Assembly (NCBI GenBank): GCA_023229865.1
Contig: JALNYL010000001.1
Location: 87,008-151,007, forward strand
Reading direction: 5' to 3'
Source: Minisyncoccota bacterium
GTDB lineage: Bacteria; Patescibacteriota; Minisyncoccia; Phycocordibacterales; UBA1550
DNA: 64,000 bases
Made by a program: the position numbers and the translations under genes. The notes beneath the pieces are model-generated. The model was not told the origin of the DNA and ran no database searches. It worked only from the letters and a program-made list of their open reading frames with translations. Shown piece by piece: positions 1-7,400 of the stretch (positions are counted from its first letter, which is position 1; each line of letters opens with the position of its first letter).

Positions 1-2
1 AA

Positions 3-413
3 GACATTCTCCTTCGAGAACAAAAATACGGACTCGGAATACTCTTTAACGACTGGCGCGTCTTTCAAGCGCTGATGCCTGAGCAGAAAAAGTACCGCGA
101 CCTCGACGGCCCTTACTGGTATCAATACCCCCAAGGCGAGTCGATTCCTGACGTACAACTAAGGATGCGGATTTTCGCGCTCGACACACTCGCAAAATAC
201 GCAGGGCGAAACGTTCTCATCATCTCGCACCACAGGACGATCCTCTCTTATGTCGCAAACCAGAAAAATCTGTCTCCTGAACAAGTTCTTGCGCTCGACA
301 AAAAAGAACGCCCAGCGAACTGCGGCGTGACGACTTTAATCGGCGACAACTATTTCGGGGACTGCAAGGGGCTCAAACTTGAGTACTACAACAGATGCTT
401 CTGGAAAGATTGA
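3..413 (+). CDS. Histidine-phosphatase (phosphoglycerate-mutase-like) family protein, 5' end cut by the window edge
   Basis: The reading frame is open from position 3; the listed ORF 75..413 is its in-frame tail. The C-terminal half has an HP-family-like segment (..RNVLIISHHRTILSYV.., GESIPDV). The N-terminal RHG catalytic motif is not in the window. Confidence 0.4.
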   Translation, partial: DILLREQKYGLGILFNDWRVFQALMPEQKKYRDLDGPYWYQYPQGESIPDVQLRMRIFALDTLAKYAGRNVLIISHHRTILSYVANQKNLSPEQVLALDKKERPANCGVTTLIGDNYFGDCKGLKLEYYNRCFWKD

Positions 414-540
414 TGCAAAATTACAGCCCGCGACGGTTACGTCGCGGGCTGATTTTTTACTCTTTTTCTACTTGACAATAATATTGCATCGTGGGAAAAT
501 AGTATCAGAACATTCATTAATCAACTACGCGGAGGTTGCC

Positions 541-714
541 ATGTTTTGCGCATACTGCAAAAAAGAAATCCGTGGCCCATACATTACAGTAATTGTGGAC
601 GCCGCGAAGAAAGATTTCTGCAACGAAGAACACTCATATAAATACTTCAAGGAGCAAGATCGCATCATTCTTGAAGAGTTTGCACAATCTCAGAAAACTC
701 CTGAGCAAAAGTAA
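541..714 (+). CDS. Small zinc-ribbon protein with a TRASH/YHS-like Cys pattern
   Basis: Internal ATG of ORF 379..714. Encodes MFCAYCKKEIRGPYITVIVDAAKKDFCNEEH.., i.e. C-x2-C-x20-C-x3-H. About 58 aa and followed by a hairpin terminator. Confidence 0.35.
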   Translation: MFCAYCKKEIRGPYITVIVDAAKKDFCNEEHSYKYFKEQDRIILEEFAQSQKTPEQK

Positions 715-720
715 GAAAAC

Positions 721-757
721 AAAAAGGCCATCCTCGGATGGCCTTTAATTTTTTTAC
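721..757. terminator. Bidirectional intrinsic terminator between convergent genes
   Basis: aaaaaGGCCATCCtcGGATGGCCtttaattttttt: a GC-rich 8-bp stem flanked by an A-run and a T-run. It lies between the stop of 541..714 (+) and the stop of 761..1552 (-). Confidence 0.6.
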
Positions 758-760
758 TTT

Positions 761-1552
761 TTACGAAATTTTCACCTCGACGTTAATCGGCCGACGAAGA
801 ACTTCCATCATCAGCTTCCGACGGGCGTGATTCACCTTCTGGGCGCGCTTGTTCTTACTGCTTCCGTCCCAGATAGCGTCCGCAAAACCCCATTCGACTG
901 CTTCATCCGCTGAGAACCAAACGTCGATATGCTTGCGGATCAAACTGTCGAGCTTTTTCCGAATCCACTTCGGCGGCTTCGAGCGGTATTTCCCCTGCTC
1001 CTTGAGCCGCGCAACATAGATACGAAACATGAGCTCGCGCGACTTCCGACGTTCAATGTCATTCGTTTGGGCTTCTTGGTCAAGCCCATAGGTCGCATAC
1101 TGTCCATGATGGTACATATATTGTGCCGGAGGGCGAATATAGAACCGATCTGCAGCAAGCGGAATGATTGACGTCATCGAACGCGCCCATTTCGTAGCAA
1201 TCACTGTCGTTGGGTTTGGACAAGTAAGGAGTGCCCCAAACATCTGCAGTCCTGCTTCCATATCACCACCACAACTCGACATTACTACCACGAGCGGACG
1301 TTTCGGGTCGATACTGCTCAGAAGATGTAGGTTCGCTTCGAACCTGTTCGCCATCATGTACTCAACCCCTGGTTCGCCGAGTTCGAGGTCCGAGTGACTC
1401 TCTAGGTGACCAGGATCGCCCCCGACGTAGATGATGAAGTCACTACGATTGACGCGGAAGTTGTGCACGTCCTCGGTGAGTTTGTCCCCCAGGAGGGCCT
1501 CCGTGTGCTTCTTCTGCAACTTACGATCAACCTTATCCTTTTTTGCTGACAT
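761..1552 (-). CDS. ClpP-family (peptidase S14-like) serine peptidase homolog with a lysine/arginine-rich C-terminal extension
   Basis: ClpP-like blocks appear in order: VVVMSSCGGDMEAGLQMFGAL (compare ClpP INSPGGxxxAGxxIYD), a ..ARSMTS.. Ser region, MYHHGQ (compare MIHQP), and WFSADEAVEWGFADAI (compare FLSAxEAxEYGLVDxI). It is far diverged from housekeeping ClpP. Confidence 0.55.
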   Translation of the reverse strand: MSAKKDKVDRKLQKKHTEALLGDKLTEDVHNFRVNRSDFIIYVGGDPGHLESHSDLELGEPGVEYMMANRFEANLHLLSSIDPKRPLVVVMSSCGGDMEAGLQMFGALLTCPNPTTVIATKWARSMTSIIPLAADRFYIRPPAQYMYHHGQYATYGLDQEAQTNDIERRKSRELMFRIYVARLKEQGKYRSKPPKWIRKKLDSLIRKHIDVWFSADEAVEWGFADAIWDGSSKNKRAQKVNHARRKLMMEVLRRPINVEVKIS

Positions 1553-1737
1553 GACTTTCCCCTTTCGAGTGAGAAATGTGTTTTAAAAGAGTACTTCTGT
1601 TCCAGACAAAATCCTACCTTATTGTGGGAGAAAATGGAAGCACAGGAGCTTGCTCTAATTTTCGCAATAAGAAACTATCGCTTCTTGTTGCGAAAATAGG
1701 GGTCAAAGAAAAACACTCCGTTTTTGCAAACTGAGTG

Positions 1738-1941
1738 TTAAGGTTCTTCTGGTGATATATACACCTGTTTGAGTGGTGGGCAGACGATATGAGTGTATCT
1801 GGTCGTACCAGTCGGGACATCATAACTTTTTTGATATGCATCAGTGCGGATATTGATTTCCTGACAACACTTCTCGCAGAGATGATATTCAAAAATATTT
1901 GTCCTGATGCGCAATTTTTTCGGATTCTCTTGATTAGTCAT
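1738..1941 (-). CDS. Small Cys/His protein, paralog 3 of a tandem trio (zinc-ribbon-like, unknown function)
   Basis: Internal start of ORF 1738..2250: MTNQENPKKLRIRTNIFEYHLCEKCCQ..GTTRYTHIVCPP. It carries the same EYHxCxKCxQ ... TT(R)Y(x)H(x)xCP motif pair as the gene at 2251..2418. A GGGGGA sits 5 nt upstream of the ATG, and the start overlaps the stop of the upstream gene by 8 nt. Confidence 0.4.
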   Translation of the reverse strand: MTNQENPKKLRIRTNIFEYHLCEKCCQEINIRTDAYQKSYDVPTGTTRYTHIVCPPLKQVYISPEEP

Positions 1942-2131
1942 TCTGTCCCCCGTAATCAATCTTCGGATAGCCATGGATACTGGCCACGAGCTCGGGCGCT
2001 TCAAAGAGACAACCGAGATGGTAGTACTTCGGGTGACTCTCAACTTCATCAATGATTGCGATCGGCGCATTGGGTGCAATATCTTGAAGACAGAGCCCGC
2101 AAAAATCGGGGTGATAGTCGTATTCAGCCAT
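1934..2131 (-). CDS. Small Cys/His protein, paralog 2 of the tandem trio
   Basis: Strong RBS (ttGGGAGGAGaacatcATG). Encodes MAEYDYHPDFCGLC..KYYHLGCLFE, a related YHPxxCxxC ... YxHxxC pattern. Confidence 0.5.
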   Translation of the reverse strand: MAEYDYHPDFCGLCLQDIAPNAPIAIIDEVESHPKYYHLGCLFEAPELVASIHGYPKIDYGGQND

Positions 2132-2250
2132 GATGTTCTCCTCCCAATATTAAAGTTCAAGGACTCCTTCAATACTACCCCACCGCCAGAAGAGAGTAAA
2201 GGGACAAAAGAGAGAGCGCCACACCCCTCTGGGGTGTGGCGCTTTTTCAA

Positions 2251-2418
2251 TCACTTCTTCTTTTGTGGACACTTTACGTGCTCGTAGGTAGTACGCCCAC
2301 GGAGTTCCTTCTTCACCAGATTGGGGTCCGTAGCAGGAGCCATCTGCCGGCACTTACTACACGGGTGATACTCGGTGTGAAGCGCTGCCCCACCCCTTCC
2401 TACCTGAACGATGCGCAT
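2251..2418 (-). CDS. Small Cys/His protein, paralog 1 of the tandem trio
   Basis: Internal ATG with an excellent RBS (aAAGAGGAGattcaagATG). Encodes MRIVQVGRGGAALHTEYHPCSKCRQ..GRTTYEHVKCPQKKK, whose motif pair aligns closely with the 1738..1941 product. Confidence 0.5.
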   Translation of the reverse strand: MRIVQVGRGGAALHTEYHPCSKCRQMAPATDPNLVKKELRGRTTYEHVKCPQKKK

Positions 2419-2545
2419 CTTGAATCTCCTCTTTGTAAGTTTCAATACTAAAAAATCTCAAGCAGAGCAAGAAAAACTCTAGCGCAACAATACTACTATT
2501 CTCTATACCAGTCAATCCATCGTATTGATTCTTCATATCTAAATC

Positions 2546-2599
2546 ATTTACCTAGGACCGTCCTCGGCAGGCGCCTGCCGAGGACGGTCCTAGGTAAAT
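2546..2599. repeat. 54-bp perfect palindrome (inverted repeat without a spacer) in the divergent intergenic region
   Basis: atttaCCTAGGACCGTCCTCGGCAGGC|GCCTGCCGAGGACGGTCCTAGGtaaat. Every base pairs with its mirror partner around a centre at 2572/2573. It lies between the 2251..2418 (-) start and the 2755..3813 (+) start. Confidence 0.9.
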
Positions 2600-2754
2600 T
2601 TTACTGTTGCTCTTATTATTTTTTGTGCTAAACTTCGAGTAATTAGGTTCGTACTTTTTGTTGCTTGGGGAAAGTTGAGATTTCTTTCGCGAGCAATCTC
2701 CCCTCTCCCCAGTCAATGAGGCTGGATTTGTCCTTTCACAACCAGGAGGTCATT

Positions 2755-3813
2755 ATGACTACCAAGAAAGCAGTCGGAAGCATGACAGAGCAACCCCCTG
2801 CGAGAAAGCAAACCAGCAGAGACAAGGAAATTCAAATCGTGTCTCTCAGGGGTGAGCTTCAATCGCTCAGGCGCAATTACAACGGAGCTCTCCATGAGCT
2901 GCAACAACTTCGCAGGGAGCAAGACGCTTTTCTGAGCATTGCCAATCGTGAAAAAACCACGCATATCATCGAGCCCTACCGTGCCGAAGGAAAATCTGAA
3001 GCAACGGCAATCGTGCTCGCGAGTGACTGGCACGTCGAAGAAGAAGTGAAGAAAGCCAAAACATCCGGCCTGAATCGCTACAACCTCGACATCGCGAAGG
3101 CACGCGCAGATCAGTTCTTCTCGCGCGCGGTCAAAATGATTCAAAAAGAGCAGCAGGACATCCCCATCAGGGAAATGGTTCTGTTCTTAGGCGGAGACTT
3201 CATCACGGGCAACATCCACGAAGAACTCCCCACGAACTGCCTGCTCGAACCCATGGATGCAATCGACTACGCCGAAGAGCTCATCGCAAGTGGCGTGGAA
3301 TTTATCCTCGCCCACACGAAACTCAAGGTAACGGTTGTTTGTTCTGTGGGGAATCACTCGCGCATCACCGAGAAAACATACATATCGGCCGAGCAAGGTC
3401 ACTCGCTCGAAACCTTCATGTATCGCAGTCTCAGGAAGCGCTTCGTCGGCGAAAAACGCATCACGTTTGTCATCGGTGAAGGGTATCACACCTACATCGA
3501 TGTCTACGGTCGCCAACTTCGCTTCCACCACGGGCACGGCATTCGTTACCAGGGTGGCGTCGGCGGTCTCACGATCCCCGTCAACAAAGCGATTGCGCAA
3601 TGGAACAAAGCGGTCCCCGCATTCCTCGACTGCTTTGGTCACTACCACACATCGATGTCGCTCTCGAACTTCGTCTCCAATGGTTCCCTCATTGGTTACA
3701 ATGCGTTTGCCTTGTCCATCAAGGCAGATTTCGAGCGGCCGCAACAATCGATGTTCTTGGTTGATAAGTTGCGTGGCAAAACGGTGTCCATCCCGCTCTT
3801 GTTTGATATCTAA
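2755..3813 (+). CDS. Calcineurin-like metallophosphoesterase with an N-terminal coiled-coil segment
   Basis: Start re-assigned to the ATG with an RBS (ccAGGAGGtcattATG). The MPE motifs occur in order: ASDWH (D-x-H), GGDF (GD), VGNHS (GNH), FHHGHG, GHYH (GHxH). Confidence 0.7.
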   Translation: MTTKKAVGSMTEQPPARKQTSRDKEIQIVSLRGELQSLRRNYNGALHELQQLRREQDAFLSIANREKTTHIIEPYRAEGKSEATAIVLASDWHVEEEVKKAKTSGLNRYNLDIAKARADQFFSRAVKMIQKEQQDIPIREMVLFLGGDFITGNIHEELPTNCLLEPMDAIDYAEELIASGVEFILAHTKLKVTVVCSVGNHSRITEKTYISAEQGHSLETFMYRSLRKRFVGEKRITFVIGEGYHTYIDVYGRQLRFHHGHGIRYQGGVGGLTIPVNKAIAQWNKAVPAFLDCFGHYHTSMSLSNFVSNGSLIGYNAFALSIKADFERPQQSMFLVDKLRGKTVSIPLLFDI

Positions 3814-3886
3814 ACAGAGCGCGTGACCACTCCTGTAGTTCTTTCAAAGCCCCTGATTCTAGGGGCTTTTTATTTTACTGTTTGTA

Positions 3887-3938
3887 TTACCTAGGACCGT
3901 CCTCGGCAGACCCCCGCCGAGGACGGTCCTAGGTAATA
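3887..3938. repeat. Second copy of the same palindromic element, 22-bp arms around an 8-nt centre
   Basis: attaCCTAGGACCGTCCTCGGC agaccccc GCCGAGGACGGTCCTAGGtaat. The arms are identical to those of the 2546..2599 palindrome. It lies about 75 bp downstream of the metallophosphoesterase stop. Confidence 0.85.
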
Positions 3939-3960
3939 CGGCTGGACATTGCGCATGACT

Positions 3961-3990
3961 TGACTTTTTTAGTCAAGTATGCTATCTTTA
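3961..3990 (+). promoter_or_regulatory. Candidate sigma-70-type promoter for the cold-shock gene
   Basis: TTGACT, then 17 nt, then TATCTT, about 100 nt upstream of the csp ATG. A long 5' UTR is typical of csp genes. The -35 lies inside the small inverted repeat cttgacttttttagtcaag. Confidence 0.25.
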
Positions 3991-4091
3991 AGACACAAAA
4001 GTAGGAGGGATTGTAGGAAGAGAACATTTTTCACACGAGACTGTAGCTAATTTTGTATATTATAAAGTTTGTTTAAAGTAAAAAAAGAAAT

Positions 4092-4289
4092 ATGAAAGGA
4101 GTAATCAAGAAGGTAACTGACAAGGGTTTTGGTTTTATCACCGCAGAAGGTATGGAGAAGGATCTCTTCTTCCACGCTAACTCACTCGTAGGCGTATCAT
4201 TTGATGACGTTCGCGAGGGTGATGAAGTAACATTCGAAACTGAGGACTCTCCAAAGGGTATGTCAGCAGTAAACGTAGAGCGCGTATAA
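4092..4289 (+). CDS. Cold-shock protein (CspA family, S1-like cold-shock domain)
   Basis: [36 protein letters not shown]: the RNP1/RNP2 motifs KGFGFI and DLFFH. The product is 65 aa. Confidence 0.9.
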   Translation: MKGVIKKVTDKGFGFITAEGMEKDLFFHANSLVGVSFDDVREGDEVTFETEDSPKGMSAVNVERV

Positions 4290-4310
4290 ATAACGCAATC
4301 GCGTAAAACA

Positions 4311-4349
4311 AAAATCCCGCCGTCGCAAGACGGCGGGATTTTTGTTTTT
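4311..4349 (+). terminator. Intrinsic terminator after csp
   Basis: aaATCCCGCCGTCgcaaGACGGCGGGATttttgtttttt: a 12-bp GC-rich stem followed by a U-run. Confidence 0.8.
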
Positions 4350-4404
4350 TGCTATCCACAGATATTTACTCCCCTTCACAAAGAAAGCAGTGTATAATAA
4401 GAGT

Positions 4405-7400
4405 AACTATCCTATGTACACTTCAACACACAAAACAAAAATAAAATTATTCGCAATCATTTTCCCTGTTCTCTTCTTTGTTTTGTTAAACGTGCAAACA
4501 ATACACGCACAAGAAGTGGCGACGAGCACAGAAAAAACTTCTGTTCTCTTTCTTGGTAATAAAAATCTTGCTCCCGTAATCTCTCTCAACAGAGAAACTC
4601 CCAATGGGGTAGCGATTGATATCGTTAGAGCAGTTTCTCAATACATCTCTCTTCCTGTGGATATACAAACAGCGGATTGGGCAGAGGCACAAAAGCTCGT
4701 CGCGGAAGGAGGCGCTGATGCGCTTATTCAAATAAACCCCACCGAGGAGAGAAGAAAAATTTATGATTTTTCTGGACCTCTTCTTGAAACCCATATCAGT
4801 GTTTTCACGCGCACAGCACAAGGGGTCCAAAATATTGAGAGTTTGCACAACCTCAGGGTTGGGGTCGAGGCCGGCGGACTCCCCGAGCAACTCCTCAAAG
4901 AACATCCAGGGGTGCTGAATCACTCGGAAATAACTCTCGTCTTTATCGAAAATTTCCTCGATGGATTTAATCTATTAAAAAACGATTCTCTAGATGCTGT
5001 TGTTGTCGATGAGCGTGTGGGTAAATACATTCTTGCAACAAACAACATTCGAGGAATAAAAATATCAGGAGACCCTATTTATTCTTCTTATTCCGCCATT
5101 GCAGTAAAAAAAGGAAATGAATTACTCCTCAATGAAATCAACGAGGGGCTGCAAAAAATAAAAGCCGATGGGACGTATCAAAAAATATTAGACTCTTGGT
5201 CGGCGCAGGATGTTATTTTCCAAACACAAGAAGAAGCAACTCAAGAAATCTATCTCATCACTTCCGTAACATTAGGTGGACTCCTTCTTGTTACTATCAT
5301 TTGGGTAATCGCCATAAAAATACAAATCGGAAAAAGAAGATCTCTAGAAAAGCACGAGGCGGAAATCCAAAAGGAGCTACAAAGAAAAGATGTAAATCTT
5401 CATCAATCAATGGAGACCGCGCGTGATGGTGTCATTGTGATGGGAGCTGATGGTACGGTTACTTTTTGGAACAAAGCAGCTGAACAGATTTTTGGATACA
5501 CAAAAGAAGAAGCTATTGGCAGAGATCTTCATCGTCTCATTGCTTCTCCTGAGGACCAAGCTGTTTTCAAGGAGCGTTTCCATAAGTTCCTCGCCACAGG
5601 AGATGGTCCTATTGTAAATGTCGTACGCGAACTCACTGCAATCCGCAAAAACGGTGAGCAGTTCCCTGTTGAGCTTTCTGTCTCCGCTTCAAAGATTGAC
5701 AGTGGGTGGATCGCGACGGGTATCGTGCGCGATATCTCTGAGCGCAAGAAAGCTGAAAACGAACTTAAGGCTACTACAAAAAACCTCAATGATGCCCAAC
5801 GAGTAGCACGTATCGGAAGCTGGGAGCTTGATATCAAGACTAATAAACTTATTTGGTCCAATGAGATTTTTGAGATTTTTGAGATTGACCAAACAAAATT
5901 TGGAGCAACCTACGAGGCGTTTCTTGATGCTGTTCACCCCGAAGACAAAGATGCGGTGAGTCAGGCATACACAAACTCTCTCAAGACTAAGGAGTCCTAC
6001 TCTATCGACCATCGCCTCCTCATGAAAGACGGGCGCATTAAATATGTGCACGAAGAGTGCACGACACATTACGCAAGCGACGGGACCCCGCTTCGTTCTG
6101 TTGGCACCGTCCAAGACATCACCGAGCGCAAAAAAGCAGAACTTGATATTTCAAAAAAGAGTCGCGCTCTTCGCATGTTGAGCGATACCAACAATGCACT
6201 TATCCACGCCGACAACGAAAAAGAACTCCTTGATCAAGTTTGTGAAATCATGACAAAGGAGGGTGGATATCGTCTTGTGTGGATTGGAGGAATTGAACAC
6301 GACCAAAATATGACTATTCGCCCCATGGCACAAGTCGGATTTGAGGATGGTTACCTCGAATCACTCAACTGGAGCTGGGGAGACACCGATCGCGGGCAAG
6401 GCCCCGAAGGTGTTGCCGCGCGCACCAACGCTCCCATTATTGTTCATAATATTGCAACAGACCCAAAAACATTTCTTTGGCACGAAGATGCAAAAGAACG
6501 AGGATATCAATCTCTTGGGGTTTTCCCTATTGCTGACGACAAGGGCGCTTTTGCTGTCATGGGAATCTACGCAGGAGAACCAACTGCGTTTAGTGAAGAC
6601 GAGATTGAGATTCTTAAAGAAATGACCGATGACCTAGCTTTTGGCATTACCACTCTTCACGAACGAAAAGAACATGAACTAGCTGAAGAAAAATTCACAG
6701 CAACATTCCACGCGTCCCCCGATGCGATGATCATTGTAAGACTTTCAGACAATAAAATCCTCGATGTAAATGAAGCATTTTCGCAAATTCTAGGGTACGC
6801 GCACGATGATGTCGTAGGAGGTTCCACCAATGATTTCCCTGTCTGGGTAGATTCCGCAGATCGCAGCACTTTCGAAAAAACCATTGCCGAAAAGGGAACG
6901 ATTTCTGGTTTTGAAACTCCCATGAGAAAAAAAGATGGTGGCGTCATCGAGTCCCTCGGCTCAGCAAGAACCATTGATATCAATGGAGAAAAGTGTATCT
7001 TGTCGACAATTCACGACATCACGGAACGCAATCGCACAGAAAAACAGCGTCTCGCAAATCTTAAGTTTATCGAAAATACCAATAAGATAAACCAAGTAAT
7101 TCAAAAATCTACCGACTTTGAACAAACGATGAGCTCGGTGCTTGATGCAATGCTCTCTATTTTTGGCAGCGACCGTGCATGGCTTATCACTCCATGCGAT
7201 CCATGGTCCCTCCATTATCGCGTGCCAATGGAAAGATCCAGACCAGAATACCCTGGAGCATCTGTCTCAGGGATGGATGTCCCTGTCGACCCTGATACAA
7301 CGATTCTTTTTCAAAAGACACGTGCGACCGATGGCCCTGTTGTCTTTAACTCAGAAACCGACCCTCCCCTTCCCCCGGAAATCACCAAACATTTCCAGGT

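Noticed and set aside
1560-1737. Possible tRNA or other ncRNA in the non-coding gap between the ClpP-like gene and the mini-protein genes
   Set aside because: No T-loop (GTTCRANYC) or cloverleaf-compatible segment was found by eye. Only a 13-bp imperfect hairpin (ttcgcaataagaa..ttcttgttgcgaa) is present, so it is more likely a promoter or 5' UTR region.
2665-2754. Longer N-terminal extension of the metallophosphoesterase ORF (listed start 2665)
   Set aside because: The ATG at 2755 has a near-consensus RBS (AGGAGG, 7 nt spacing), and the upstream in-frame stretch has none. The shorter start was preferred.
3187-3747. Antisense and overlapping ORFs inside confirmed genes (examples: 3187..3747 -, 10019..10630 -, 12245..12826 +, 31279..32145 +, 36871..37533 +, 50338..51021 +, 61652..62236 +)
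   Set aside because: All lie within longer ORFs that have clear family signatures on the opposite strand or in another frame. Their products are Arg/Ser/Cys-rich low-complexity sequences without motifs.
761-3813. Prophage head-maturation module suggested by the ClpP-like protease
   Set aside because: No portal, capsid, terminase, integrase or tail genes occur anywhere in the window. The flanking genes are small Zn-ribbon proteins and a phosphoesterase, so a phage origin is not supported.
4342-4404. Listed start of the giant kinase at 4342 (MFFAIHRYLLPF..)
   Set aside because: That start overlaps the csp terminator hairpin and T-run. The ATG at 4405 begins a typical signal peptide and is preceded by a TATAAT-like box.
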